A stretch of DNA of 32,000 bases from Candidatus Saccharimonadota bacterium (GTDB lineage Bacteria; Patescibacteriota; Microgenomatia; UBA1406; GWC2-37-13): assembly GCA_001790095.1 (NCBI GenBank), contig MGBH01000001.1, positions 1,140,001 to 1,172,000 of the forward strand, in the 5' to 3' direction. This document shows positions 1 to 9,425 of the stretch, one piece after another; the first letter of the stretch is position 1; each line of letters opens with the position of its first letter. Under the pieces are notes generated by a model. It was not told where the DNA came from and did not search any database. It saw only the letters and a program-made list of their open reading frames with translations. The translations under genes and the position numbers were made by a program.

Positions 1-281
1 CCATCATTTTTACTTATAGTGACTTCAATCTCCATATTTTCCCATTTATTCTTTTGGATAAGTGCTTGTTTTATTGCCTCACTATCATCTATGGTAGAAG
101 TAGTGATTGTTGGAGCGATTGAAGATGAAGAAGAGTTGATAGGTGTTTGAGTAATTGCGGGGGAAGTCGTGGGGATTAAGGAACTAGCAGGATTTGCACG
201 CATAGTTCCTAGCTTATAAGCAGTTATGCCGACTCCTAAAATAATACTTGCTGTTAAGAAACCAACAAAAAAATTCTTCAT
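1..281 (-). CDS. hypothetical membrane-anchored protein, N-terminal part only (runs off the window start)
   Basis: Absent from the ORF track because it has no stop in the window. Reverse-strand ATG at 281-279 reads MKNFFVGFLTASIILGVGITAYKLG..., a hydrophobic anchor followed by a Ser/Thr/Pro-rich linker, and stays open to position 1. Confidence 0.4.
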   Translation of the reverse strand, partial: MKNFFVGFLTASIILGVGITAYKLGTMRANPASSLIPTTSPAITQTPINSSSSSIAPTITTSTIDDSEAIKQALIQKNKWENMEIEVTISKND

Positions 282-295
282 ATATCTTTATTCTA

Positions 296-1036
296 TTACA
301 CTTCAATAAACTTTGCCAAGTACATAATGATAATTCCGAGTATAAAAAACAAAAATGATAAGAAAGACTTATATAAATTAGTTTCTTTTCTCATCTCTGG
401 GATAAGATCGGTTGTGGCAATATAGATAAACCCGCCTGCCGCAACAGGAAGCAGGTAAAAGGTAAAATGTTCAACTCTGGACGCTGCAAAGTAACCAATC
501 ACTCCTCCAAATACCGCAGTTAAGGCTGTCATGAAGTTGGCAAATAATGCTTTTTTTCTCCCGAAGCCTGCATATAGAAGTACACCAAAATCTCCAATTT
601 CCTGGGGAATTTCATGGAGGGCTACCGCTAAAGTAGTCACTACACCAAGATGAAAACTTGTTAAAAAACTTGCCGCTATGACAAGACCGTCGATAAAATT
701 ATGGATACTATCACCGATCAGATTCATCAAACCAAACGTATGAACTTTACATACTCCTTTGTGACAGTGTCTCCAGTGCAATAATTTTTCAAGGATAAAG
801 AAAAAAATGAAGGAGAGTAAGACAAACAAAAATAGATTTCCATCTTGATATAGTTCCTGCGCTTCAGGAAGGAGATGTAGAAAAGCTCCGCCAATCAGTG
901 CTCCGGCTGACAGAGAGACAAGAAGGATGAGGATTTTGTGCAGGGTTTTTTCTTTCATGACAAGAGTTATCACTCCAATCAAAGACCCAGCGCTGACAAC
1001 CAAGTTTGCTAAGATTATTGAAAATAAAATATTCAT
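296..1036 (-). CDS. ZIP-family divalent metal (zinc) transporter
   Basis: 246-aa multi-pass membrane ORF with ZIP signature helices HNFIDGLVIAASF and HEIPQEIGDFGVLL. Confidence 0.85.
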   Translation of the reverse strand: MNILFSIILANLVVSAGSLIGVITLVMKEKTLHKILILLVSLSAGALIGGAFLHLLPEAQELYQDGNLFLFVLLSFIFFFILEKLLHWRHCHKGVCKVHTFGLMNLIGDSIHNFIDGLVIAASFLTSFHLGVVTTLAVALHEIPQEIGDFGVLLYAGFGRKKALFANFMTALTAVFGGVIGYFAASRVEHFTFYLLPVAAGGFIYIATTDLIPEMRKETNLYKSFLSFLFFILGIIIMYLAKFIEV

Positions 1037-1047
1037 TTAAAAAATAA

Positions 1048-1494
1048 TTAGTAACAGTTTTGACAAAGGCCGAAAAACTCAAGTGAATGACGATGTATTT
1101 TATATTGGGTTTTCTTTTTCAACTGCAAGGCAAAGTAGTTTTCATCTTTAAAAAATATTTCTTCCACTTTCCCGCATTTATCACATATGATGTGGTGGTG
1201 GTGATTGTTTTCTTTCACCGCTTCAAATCTTTTTTTTCCGTCACCAAACTCAATCTGTTGGATACATCTCAGATTTAATAATAATTTTACTGTTCGGTAT
1301 ATAGAGACGGTGTCAGTGTATACATCATTTTTTTTCAGCTGATTCATGATCTCTTTTATGGTGAGAGGAAATTTAGTTTGAAGTAATATTGTAGATATTG
1401 CTTTTCTTGGTTTAGTTAAACGATTTCCTCTTTGTTTTATAACAGCGATTGTTTTCACTGCGATTATTATTGCAAACCATTTGCAATATGTCAA
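1048..1494 (-). CDS. Fur-family metalloregulator, probably Zur-like
   Basis: Winged-helix N-terminus (RLTKPRKAISTILL), HHHH metal site, and a CDKC...CQNC structural Zn site. The gene sits between two ZIP genes. The start is uncertain: an in-frame GTG at 1458 would leave the 1468-1488 palindrome upstream of the CDS. Confidence 0.85.
   Translation of the reverse strand: MTYCKWFAIIIAVKTIAVIKQRGNRLTKPRKAISTILLQTKFPLTIKEIMNQLKKNDVYTDTVSIYRTVKLLLNLRCIQQIEFGDGKKRFEAVKENNHHHHIICDKCGKVEEIFFKDENYFALQLKKKTQYKIHRHSLEFFGLCQNCY
1468..1488. promoter_or_regulatory. candidate Fur/Zur-box-like palindrome TATTGCAA-ACCAT-TTGCAATA
   Basis: Perfect 8-5-8 AT-rich inverted repeat read directly from the sequence. 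It lies in the first 9 codons of the longest Fur ORF, or 10 nt upstream of the alternative GTG start. Confidence 0.3.
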
Positions 1495-1503
1495 GTAGAG
1501 GGA

Positions 1504-1740
1504 TTATGTATATTTTGATATTTCAAATATTTTACTTGGTTTTTTACCTCCCTTAAGTAATCGTATTGCTTGGGGAGAAACATGGAAATAAGCAGATAAG
1601 ATCATTTTTACTTTTTGATTGGCAGCTCCTTGTTCTGGTTTTTCTTTTACTCCGATTTCAAACTGATCTTCTGACTTTTTAATCAAAAAATCCTTGCTTG
1701 ACTGAGGCTGCACCTTTACTTTTATTAAGACTTGGTTCAT
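1504..1740 (-). CDS. DUF167 / YggU-like small protein
   Basis: 78 aa. N-terminal VKVQPQSSKD and overall size and composition resemble UPF0235/DUF167. Recognised by eye only. Confidence 0.5.
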   Translation of the reverse strand: MNQVLIKVKVQPQSSKDFLIKKSEDQFEIGVKEKPEQGAANQKVKMILSAYFHVSPQAIRLLKGGKKPSKIFEISKYT

Positions 1741-1746
1741 GCCGAC

Positions 1747-2511
1747 TCATAGAAATAATAAGCTAAAAAAAACCATTATCATTCCACTAATCACTCCTAA
1801 GATGGCTTTATGTCCTTGACCATCTCGGAAACAGGCAGGAAGAAGTTCATCAAAGCTTATATATACCATAATACCCGCAACAAGAGAGAAAACATAGGCA
1901 AGTATATTTTGATTAAGATGTGGTTTTAAAAGAAAATAAGCGATAATAGCTCCAATAGGCTCAGCTGAACCCGAAATAAATGCATATTTAATGGCCTTTC
2001 TTTTGTCTAAGGTTGCATGATATATGGGTGCTGCAACAGCAATGCCCTCGGGGATATTGTGGATTGCTATTGCAATAGCTAAGAGGACACCGAGTTTTAG
2101 ATCGGTAAATGAACTTAAAAAAACAGCCATTCCTTCCGGAAAGTTATGGATAAGAAGCCCAAGCGCAACGATGTATCCTGTTGCAAGAAGTTTTTTGTCA
2201 GTTACAGACTGTTTTCTACACATTCTTTCTTCAAGGTAATGATGGGGTAGAAAAAAATCAATAAGGGTGATGATAAAAATACCAAGAAAAAAGAATATGT
2301 TTGCATTGAAAAACCCCACCCTTTTTATTGCAATAGGTAAAAGCTCCATGAAAGATAGATAGATCATTACGCCCGCTGACAGTCCAAGGAAAAAACCAAG
2401 ATATTTTTTCTTGCTGAATCTGTGAGATAAGAAGATAAGGCTTCCCACAACGGTTGATAATCCTGCAAGGACGGTGAGCATAAAAGGAAGAGCGACATTA
2501 GTAAGGTCCAT
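1747..2511 (-). CDS. zupT: ZupT-type ZIP zinc transporter
   Basis: 254-aa membrane ORF with the paired motifs HNFPEGMAVF and HNIPEGIAVAAP typical of ZupT. Confidence 0.85.
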   Translation of the reverse strand: MDLTNVALPFMLTVLAGLSTVVGSLIFLSHRFSKKKYLGFFLGLSAGVMIYLSFMELLPIAIKRVGFFNANIFFFLGIFIITLIDFFLPHHYLEERMCRKQSVTDKKLLATGYIVALGLLIHNFPEGMAVFLSSFTDLKLGVLLAIAIAIHNIPEGIAVAAPIYHATLDKRKAIKYAFISGSAEPIGAIIAYFLLKPHLNQNILAYVFSLVAGIMVYISFDELLPACFRDGQGHKAILGVISGMIMVFFSLLFL

Positions 2512-2528
2512 TGCCCATTATAACACGG

Positions 2529-4427
2529 TTATTTATGCTCCCATCTCCATATACCATCCCATAGCCGATTCTGATCCTTTTGAAGCTCAACTATTCTTTT
2601 TTGCATTATGTAGACCACAGGATCGTTGATTAATCTATCCCAAGTCTGTAGAGCTTTGGTAAATTTACCTTGCTGGTACAGGGTAAAACCTTTTTCATAC
2701 TCATTTTTTAGTATCTGATTTTCTCGAGTACAGAGCAGTGGTTGATATAACTTAACAGCCTGGTTTTTACCCTTCACGACGACCTCATCGATCAATCGAT
2801 ACATAATTGTTGGATCTTTGACTTTATTTTTTACTGCCTCCGTAATCAATATGTTTACTCCATATTTTTTTGTTAACCCCTCAACCCGAGAAGCTAGGTT
2901 TACATTATCTCCAAGTACGGTATAATCAAAACGCTTGCTTCCTCCAATATTCCCTACGATCATTTCACCACTATTAATACCTATTCCAATCTGCCAATCA
3001 GTATGCAGTTTGTGTAATGCTTCAAGCATTTTGAGAGCTGTTTTTACCGCCTTTAACTCATGTTGTTTTTCAAAAAGCGGTGCATTCCAGAAAGCCATAA
3101 TTGCATCCCCTATGAACTTATCAATAGTTCCTTGTTCATCTAAAATAAGGCTGGACATTAATTCAAGGTATTGATTGAGTGACTCAACGAGTTTTTCAGG
3201 TGGGACTTTTTCCGAGTAACTAGTAAATGATCTAATATCACAAAATAAAACCGTCATCTGTCTTTTTTCTCCTCCAAGGGCTAGTTTTTCAGGATGTTTG
3301 AGAAGGGTGGGTAATAATTTAGGACTAATATATTGTTGAAAAGCTTGTTTTAAAAACTGTCTTTCCTTACTCTGTTTGAGATTGTCAAAAACCAAAATAT
3401 AGAAAATTATCCCTAACCAAATAAATGAAAACTGCACAAAAAACCAATTAATTCCAAATTCAAAAAGCATGACTCCAACGATTTGTGTAAAAAGCCATAT
3501 AAGACCAACGGTTAGAAAACGAAAGCTTAGTTTTTTTTGAGATAGAATAAAGAATGCGAGTGTAATGACGGAAATAAAAAGGCAAATAATATAAAAATAT
3601 ATTTGTGGAATATCTCTTTGAAAACGGTTATGTAAGAGTGAATTGATAATCTGTGCATGTATCTTTATACCAGGAGTTTGTGCGCCAAAGATATCAGTGA
3701 AATTATCATCGATCTGACTTTTTAAATCTTTTGTGGTAAAGCCGACAAGAACTATTTTGTTACGAAAAGAATCTTTCGGAAATTGGCGGTTATATACATC
3801 AATAAAACTGATATGACTAAAAGCTTGACGTGTGTAATTATAATACAGAGGAGTTGATTCGTTTATACATCCTGCCAGTTTCTTACCAAGATACTGTTCA
3901 AAAACTGACGAAGCAAAACTCGTCACACAAGTGTTGGAAATATTTAACTTGTTTTGAAACTGACGGATTTTGCCGTCTGATTGACTGTTCAAATTGATAA
4001 ATCCTGAGGTGATCAAATTTGATGTATATACGGGCTGAAGAAATGTTTCATTATCAATTTTTCCAGCCAGAGTTAATGGATAATTATTTTTGGATAACTG
4101 ATACATAACTTCTTCATCTTCTTCTCTTTTATCCAAAAATAAGACGTCTATTCCTACGATCCTTGGTTTTTCAGGGTTCAGGTTAGCTAATACTTGTGCA
4201 AATACTTGTCTTGACCATGGCCAAGGACCAATCTGCTGTAGGCTTTTTTCATCGATCTCAACTATCATAATTTCTTTACGGGGAGTTAAAAATCCTTGAA
4301 GTTGATCTGTAAAAATAGTGTTTAACTGCGAAAAAAAATCAAAAGAGGCAATTTTTATTAAAAAAAACAAAAACATGATACCAAGGAAGATAAAAGTAGT
4401 TTTACTAAATAGTCGTTTATATATCAT
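2529..4427 (-). CDS. CHASE2 sensor domain / class III adenylate (guanylate) cyclase
   Basis: N-terminal CHASE2 signature IVEIDEKSLQQIGPWPWSR...IVGIDVLF, then a TM cluster, then the cyclase catalytic motifs FCDIRSFTSYSE, GDAIMAFWNAP and DYTVLGDNVNLASRVE. Confidence 0.85.
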   Translation of the reverse strand: MIYKRLFSKTTFIFLGIMFLFFLIKIASFDFFSQLNTIFTDQLQGFLTPRKEIMIVEIDEKSLQQIGPWPWSRQVFAQVLANLNPEKPRIVGIDVLFLDKREEDEEVMYQLSKNNYPLTLAGKIDNETFLQPVYTSNLITSGFINLNSQSDGKIRQFQNKLNISNTCVTSFASSVFEQYLGKKLAGCINESTPLYYNYTRQAFSHISFIDVYNRQFPKDSFRNKIVLVGFTTKDLKSQIDDNFTDIFGAQTPGIKIHAQIINSLLHNRFQRDIPQIYFYIICLFISVITLAFFILSQKKLSFRFLTVGLIWLFTQIVGVMLFEFGINWFFVQFSFIWLGIIFYILVFDNLKQSKERQFLKQAFQQYISPKLLPTLLKHPEKLALGGEKRQMTVLFCDIRSFTSYSEKVPPEKLVESLNQYLELMSSLILDEQGTIDKFIGDAIMAFWNAPLFEKQHELKAVKTALKMLEALHKLHTDWQIGIGINSGEMIVGNIGGSKRFDYTVLGDNVNLASRVEGLTKKYGVNILITEAVKNKVKDPTIMYRLIDEVVVKGKNQAVKLYQPLLCTRENQILKNEYEKGFTLYQQGKFTKALQTWDRLINDPVVYIMQKRIVELQKDQNRLWDGIWRWEHK

Positions 4428-5386
4428 CTAAGTCTGATAAAAGTTGGAGTAGGCGACAAGATCAATTTTCTTAAAGGGAAAAGAGGCAACTGCAAGAGAG
4501 AAATTGAGGGTTTTGGGGAAGGAGTAGGAGTAGGGGCAATAGTAATAGTAGATGAAATAGGAGTGGTTTTGATAATGTTTTGAAATATGATGGTTGTGAT
4601 GGTTGGAGTAATTATGGTAGGCGCAATCGTGACGGTTGGTGAGGGTATTTTTCTTTTACGCAGTATATCTAATCGGAACTTAGTTTTTAACTGAGAGTCC
4701 AATGTTCGATTTGTTTTGAACCATACAGAATTCATTATCTCTGAGGAAATATTTTCTGTTGTTAATCCTTTCTGAGAACCTGGAGGAGGAGGGGAGGCGA
4801 ATTTTCCATCTAAGCCTGACTGTTTTCTTAAAGGTATGCGTGCGATCTTTCCTTGAGTTAATAATTGTTTACTGATATATATCCGTTTTTTATTTTCTTC
4901 CTTATAATTTTTTACTTCTATGGTATTTTCAATTGCCAGCACCTTGGTTTCAGCAAGAGCGCCCCTACTTATTTCAACCGCAAACGTGGTTCCACGTACC
5001 GCTGCAACAGTATTTGGTGTTTCAACCTGGTAAGCTTTTCCTTTAGTTATATGTTCAATTCGATGCCACGTATTACCGAGAAGCTGAGTTATATATGTCG
5101 AATTATCTTGTATCTCTACCTGAAGCTCTGTGTTTTTATCTAAGGAGACAAGTGAGTTGTCAGGTAATATTAGATGTGCTTGGCCTTCAAGAGTTTTTAC
5201 ATGACTTTTATTCGGCAAGGACATTTCATCAGTAGTTACTTTTTGGTAGTCACCGGGTAGCTGTTTATAAAATACATCTCCATTTTCCCTTATAAGAAGA
5301 AAGGTGAGGGGTTTTTTACTTACTAATTTTGAAAATAAGAAAATTATCCCAACAAAAAACAGGAATAAGATTAGATATTTTCGCAT
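4424..5386 (-). CDS. FecR-domain protein with Pro/Thr-rich C-terminal tail
   Basis: N-terminal anchor and a FecR-like beta segment (VAAVRGTTFAVEI). Its stop overlaps the cyclase start (ATGA at 4424-4427), suggesting translational coupling. Confidence 0.6.
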   Translation of the reverse strand: MRKYLILFLFFVGIIFLFSKLVSKKPLTFLLIRENGDVFYKQLPGDYQKVTTDEMSLPNKSHVKTLEGQAHLILPDNSLVSLDKNTELQVEIQDNSTYITQLLGNTWHRIEHITKGKAYQVETPNTVAAVRGTTFAVEISRGALAETKVLAIENTIEVKNYKEENKKRIYISKQLLTQGKIARIPLRKQSGLDGKFASPPPPGSQKGLTTENISSEIMNSVWFKTNRTLDSQLKTKFRLDILRKRKIPSPTVTIAPTIITPTITTIIFQNIIKTTPISSTITIAPTPTPSPKPSISLLQLPLFPLRKLILSPTPTFIRLR

Positions 5387-5454
5387 GTAGCATATTATAG
5401 CATTTTGATGATGTGGCTTATTTCTTGAATAAGAGAAACACTAAGAATATTTAT

Positions 5455-5483
5455 TTGACTAATTTTTTAATATAAAATATAAT
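5455..5483 (+). promoter_or_regulatory. sigma70-like promoter for glnA (TTGACT-17 nt-TATAAT)
   Basis: TTGACT at 5455-5460, a 17-nt spacer, and TATAAT at 5478-5483, 37 nt upstream of the ATG at 5521. Confidence 0.4.
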
Positions 5484-5520
5484 TACTTTATATTATAAAA
5501 ATTTATTTTTAAATTAAAAT

Positions 5521-6963
5521 ATGAGCATACAAGGTGATAACCTACGAAATTTTCTTGAGATACCTTACGATGAGTTAGAGCAAATGAACCTTGAGGCAAA
5601 AAAGGAGCGAGAGTCAAGAGAACATGAACTCAAAGTAAAGGAGAGATATATCAATTATTTAAAAAAGGAGAAGCGAATTAAGGCGGTGACTGTAGGTTTT
5701 TCAGATCTTGAGGGTAGATTCCATATGCTGGATTACGATAAAAAGTTTTTTTTATCAAACTTTGAGAACCTTACCTTTGATGGTTCATCTATCCGCGGAT
5801 TTTCAAGACAGGCAGAGTCAGATTTGCGTCTTAAGATTGATTGGTTTGCTTTCTGGTGGCTGCCAAGTGATGTATTTGGTCCGGGCAAAGTTCTCATCAT
5901 GGGTGAAGTATTTAACCAAGATGAAAAACCATACGAAATGGATACAAGAGGACTTCTCAAAAAGTATGCTGCAACTTTAAAAAAAGAGAAGGGTTATGTT
6001 TTTTATGCCGCAAGCGAAGTAGAGGGATTTTTACTAAAGGGGGAAGATGCAGAGAAAAACTTCGATGAACGTATTGGTTTTGAGATTGCATCTAAGGGTG
6101 GATATTATCACTCTCTACCTAATGACATGCTTCGTGTCTTTATAGATCGAACAGCTGAGGCTCAGAGAGCTATGGGATTTGAAAACGAAAAAGATCATCC
6201 TGAAGTCGCTCCCTCGCAGTTTGAACTCAACTATTCATATTCTGAGATAGTTAATGCGGCAGATCAGATACAAATCTACAAATTAGTGGCGCGGCAAATC
6301 GCACGGAATATGGGTATGACGGCAACGTTTCTGCCAAAACCTATCGTAGGTGTGAATGGAAGCGGTATGCATACTAATCTTTCAGTCATGAAAGATGGTA
6401 AGAATCTGTTTTATGACAAAAAGGGTAGAGGCAAGCTTTCATCGTTTGCATGGGATGTAGTAAATAGGATTTTAGGCAGTGCGGGTGATATTTGTCTTAT
6501 ATTAAACAGCAGTGTAAACGCTTATAGAAGACTTGATCCTCACTTTGAGGCGCCAAATGAGATAAAGGTATCTGAGGTAGATCGTGGAGCTATGATTCGA
6601 GTACCTCTTTTCAACGAGCGATCTTCTCGTATCGAGATACGAAGTATTGGTCCTGACGCAAATCCATATCTCATGATGTATGCTTTGATTAAAGTTGGTT
6701 TGGAGGGGGATATACAAAAAGCAAGAAAGGACAAGCGACAAAGAGTAAAGTTTCTGCCAGGTCATATCCATACCGCTCTACAATTATTTCGTCAAAGCGA
6801 CGTTGTCACGAAACTTTTGGGAGAGGAGTTTAAGAAGAAATTTGTGAGTTTAAAGTTAACGGCAGCAGATCGAAGTCCGACAGAGCTTGGGATAAGAGTT
6901 AAAAATGGTGAGGTGCTATATCATCATGAAGTATATAATCAGATGCTTTGGAATAATTTCTAA
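5521..6963 (+). CDS. glnA: glutamine synthetase (type I-like)
   Basis: FDGSSIRGF (beta-grasp signature), GSGMHTNLS (ATP-binding motif), NAYRRL, and RIEIRSIGPDANPYL. Confidence 0.9.
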   Translation: MSIQGDNLRNFLEIPYDELEQMNLEAKKERESREHELKVKERYINYLKKEKRIKAVTVGFSDLEGRFHMLDYDKKFFLSNFENLTFDGSSIRGFSRQAESDLRLKIDWFAFWWLPSDVFGPGKVLIMGEVFNQDEKPYEMDTRGLLKKYAATLKKEKGYVFYAASEVEGFLLKGEDAEKNFDERIGFEIASKGGYYHSLPNDMLRVFIDRTAEAQRAMGFENEKDHPEVAPSQFELNYSYSEIVNAADQIQIYKLVARQIARNMGMTATFLPKPIVGVNGSGMHTNLSVMKDGKNLFYDKKGRGKLSSFAWDVVNRILGSAGDICLILNSSVNAYRRLDPHFEAPNEIKVSEVDRGAMIRVPLFNERSSRIEIRSIGPDANPYLMMYALIKVGLEGDIQKARKDKRQRVKFLPGHIHTALQLFRQSDVVTKLLGEEFKKKFVSLKLTAADRSPTELGIRVKNGEVLYHHEVYNQMLWNNF

Positions 6964-6989
6964 TTATTTCCTTATGTTAATATTAACGT

Positions 6990-7328
6990 ATGTTTAATGA
7001 GTATGATCTAAAAATCAAAAAATTATTATCTGCAAAGACCCCAGATACTGATTGGAAACGGGTATTGGATGATCATAAAGAAATGATTGGTATTATTCAG
7101 CACGAGAGACTTATCCATTTGTTAGTAACTATGTTTGTTGGAAGTATTATGTCAGCCTCTTCTTTCATCATCATAATGACGAAAAAACCAGACCTACTGA
7201 TTTTCTGTATACCGCTGATATTTCTTTTTTTAGGCTATTTATTTCATTACCGATTTTTAGAAAACACCACACAACGCTGGTATAGGATTAAAGAACAAAT
7301 TAAAAAAAATAGTAGCGAGGATAAGTAA
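6990..7328 (+). CDS. hypothetical small membrane protein
   Basis: 112 aa with two predicted TM segments. TGT-TAATAT (6975-6983) lies 6 nt upstream of the ATG. Confidence 0.4.
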   Translation: MFNEYDLKIKKLLSAKTPDTDWKRVLDDHKEMIGIIQHERLIHLLVTMFVGSIMSASSFIIIMTKKPDLLIFCIPLIFLFLGYLFHYRFLENTTQRWYRIKEQIKKNSSEDK

Positions 7329-7337
7329 TTTTCGGAC

Positions 7338-7547
7338 TTATTTCCGTTTCCACCAGTCTCCAAATACATCTCTCAAATCAAGCCCAAAATAAGCAAGTGA
7401 AGATAACAATAAAAAAGATGCAGTTGCCTCATCCATATTTCCTATGAACGGAACTGTATCAGGTATAAACTCAAATATTCCAAATCCCGGATTAAATAAA
7501 TATAATCCAGACACTATCCCAATGAATGCAATCAATGATTTTTTCAC
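7338..7547 (-). CDS. DUF1232 (YkvA-like) small membrane protein
   Basis: 69 aa. FIPDTVPFIGNMDEA resembles the DUF1232 core (IPD-IP-IG-DD). Confidence 0.5.
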   Translation of the reverse strand: MKKSLIAFIGIVSGLYLFNPGFGIFEFIPDTVPFIGNMDEATASFLLLSSLAYFGLDLRDVFGDWWKRK

Positions 7548-7658
7548 AAGCGTCTGTTTGCACCAGTTAGTAATATTTTCATAGTGAGTTATAATAATGG
7601 TTATTATATCAGGAAGTTTAACATCCTTCTTTTTTGCGTCAAGGAAACAAATGAAGAT

Positions 7659-8009
7659 CTACTGTGTCAGTAATTGAAAATAGTAAATTAAAAAAAGAAT
7701 CACGGCAAAAGGAGAACTGACAAGACCAGGTATGTATCTCTTAGCTAAAATAGCTCCAGTAATATGCCATATGCCATTAGCAAACATAACGAGGTTAAAT
7801 ATTGACATTAAACCGATTCTGTAAGGATAATTTGTTATAAAAATAGCTGAGATCAATAAGGTGGAAAGAAGAATTTCCATTGTAATAAAAAACCTTCTCG
7901 ACATTTTCCAGAGAGGCCATACTTTTTCAAAGTGAGTATAAATCTCTTCTTGCGAATGAAACAAATAGATAATGACAAAGTAAGTATAGTATCTTTCAAC
8001 CAATCCCAT
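7659..8009 (-). CDS. HXXEE-domain membrane protein
   Basis: 116 aa, hydrophobic, with an N-terminal HSQEE motif (HXXEE family pattern). Tentative. Confidence 0.4.
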   Translation of the reverse strand: MGLVERYYTYFVIIYLFHSQEEIYTHFEKVWPLWKMSRRFFITMEILLSTLLISAIFITNYPYRIGLMSIFNLVMFANGIWHITGAILAKRYIPGLVSSPFAVILFLIYYFQLLTQ

Positions 8010-8140
8010 AGCTTAAGTATATCAAGACAAAAAATTCTAATTTGTTTTAGGAGTTGTCTCTTTTGTTCTATCGATTACATTCGATGAGTTAATTCTAATT
8101 TTCTATTGATCATTAACGATAGATTTTTTAACCCCAGAAA

Positions 8141-8581
8141 TTATTTAGCCTTTTTAACCAGTCTTGCGTGAGTGTTTATATGTCCTGCAATCATTTCCAA
8201 AAAGTAGGCAGTCTCATAAGTGCGACCACCTTTACTGTAAGTCATTCGGGGAACTTTCTTCACAACGATGTTAGTATATAATGACATATTAGCCTCTCGC
8301 AATCTGCCTACAAGCTCCCTAATGGAGCATTTTCTTAGGGATAAAACTCCTGCTATGTTTATGGTGGACATTCCTTCAGGTAGGGGAGGATTTTTATATT
8401 CCGCTAGAGCTTTATAGTTGGCAGCATAATTTTCGTGCCAAAAAACGATATGGCAAAGTTGGTCTTTGACAGTCCACTCATCAGTCGTCATTAAACCAGA
8501 TTTTTTATTTTTTATTTCATGAATAAATTCCTCAACACTCTTGGAGAGAGTAGTAAACAACTCATTATAATTATTGTTCAT
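8141..8581 (-). CDS. DinB/ClbS-like four-helix-bundle protein
   Basis: 146 aa. WTVKDQLCHIVFWHENYAANY and a C-terminal GHINTH are typical of the DinB superfamily histidine pattern. Confidence 0.5.
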   Translation of the reverse strand: MNNNYNELFTTLSKSVEEFIHEIKNKKSGLMTTDEWTVKDQLCHIVFWHENYAANYKALAEYKNPPLPEGMSTINIAGVLSLRKCSIRELVGRLREANMSLYTNIVVKKVPRMTYSKGGRTYETAYFLEMIAGHINTHARLVKKAK

Positions 8582-8585
8582 ATTA

Positions 8586-9119
8586 CTATTTGCCGATCAC
8601 CCTTAAAGCCTTTACATATACATTTTTCACTCCGTTGTTTTCTTCTTTTTTTACAATCGCATTTATCTTGCTTAGCAAAGTGGTTCTTATGGTTTGATTG
8701 TGTTTCAGGATTTCTCCAAGAGCAAAAGCGGTACTCCAACGGACGACCGTTCCTTTATCAGTTGTATTTTTAAATAGAGCATCTAACGCCTTCTCGGTTT
8801 CTTTTGGTAATGCTTTGGCTATGTTACCTATAACCCGAGATGCCTCCCATTTAACTCTCGGAGACTTATCACTTAAACATTTTATTACATCAGATAGATA
8901 GATCTTTGCAATACCGGCATTTGTTTGGGTCGCATATTCAAGAGCTTCAATACAGGTGCCTCGTTCGGCATCATCTCCGTAAGATAGTGCTTCGGTGAAA
9001 TCGTCTGCCGATGGTTTCTTTTCCAGGATAAGCTTGGCGATAAAAGCATTTAGTTCTTTTGGTTTTTTATCTGATTTTTTGATTTCATCAAGTATTTTCA
9101 TACTATTTATTTTTTCCAC
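8586..9119 (-). CDS. HEAT/ARM-repeat protein
   Basis: 177 aa, all-helical, with repeats such as SPRVKWEASRVIGNIAK and TVVRWSTAFALGEI. It overlaps the upstream gene by 13 nt. Confidence 0.5.
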   Translation of the reverse strand: MEKINSMKILDEIKKSDKKPKELNAFIAKLILEKKPSADDFTEALSYGDDAERGTCIEALEYATQTNAGIAKIYLSDVIKCLSDKSPRVKWEASRVIGNIAKALPKETEKALDALFKNTTDKGTVVRWSTAFALGEILKHNQTIRTTLLSKINAIVKKEENNGVKNVYVKALRVIGK

Positions 9120-9376
9120 CTTTTTAATGTTGGGATCAGTTCTTGCATCATTTTTTTTGCCTCATCCTCAGGCGTTCCGAATTTGACCATCATACCAACA
9201 CAGGCAGTAATCATTTGATCTATTGTGATATTTGGATTGGTGAATGCACCTTGTTGATAACAATATGTGCAATATTCCTCGTTTTTACTTTTATCTGTAT
9301 TAGTTCCGAAATCACTATCTATCTTCATTGGCATTCCGCAACTTTGACAGATGACTGAATAAAATTTCTGACTCAT
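9107..9376 (-). CDS. putative zinc-ribbon domain protein
   Basis: 89 aa. CQSCGMPM...DFGTN...EYCTYCYQQGAF matches the stand-alone zinc-ribbon pattern (CxxC...CxxC). A strong SD, GGAGGTGA, lies 8 nt upstream. Confidence 0.6.
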   Translation of the reverse strand: MSQKFYSVICQSCGMPMKIDSDFGTNTDKSKNEEYCTYCYQQGAFTNPNITIDQMITACVGMMVKFGTPEDEAKKMMQELIPTLKRWKK

Positions 9377-9425
9377 ATGTTTTCACCTCCTTTTGTCCGC
9401 CGAAGCTTTATGCGAAGGCGGATTT

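Noticed and set aside
4440-4640. A repetitive nucleotide stretch (ggagtagg / ggtggt / gatggt motifs) that could be a tandem-repeat locus.
   Set aside because: It is the coding sequence of the Pro/Thr/Ile-rich C-terminal tail of the FecR-like protein (PTITTII..., APTPTPSPKPS). It is low-complexity coding sequence, not an independent repeat element.
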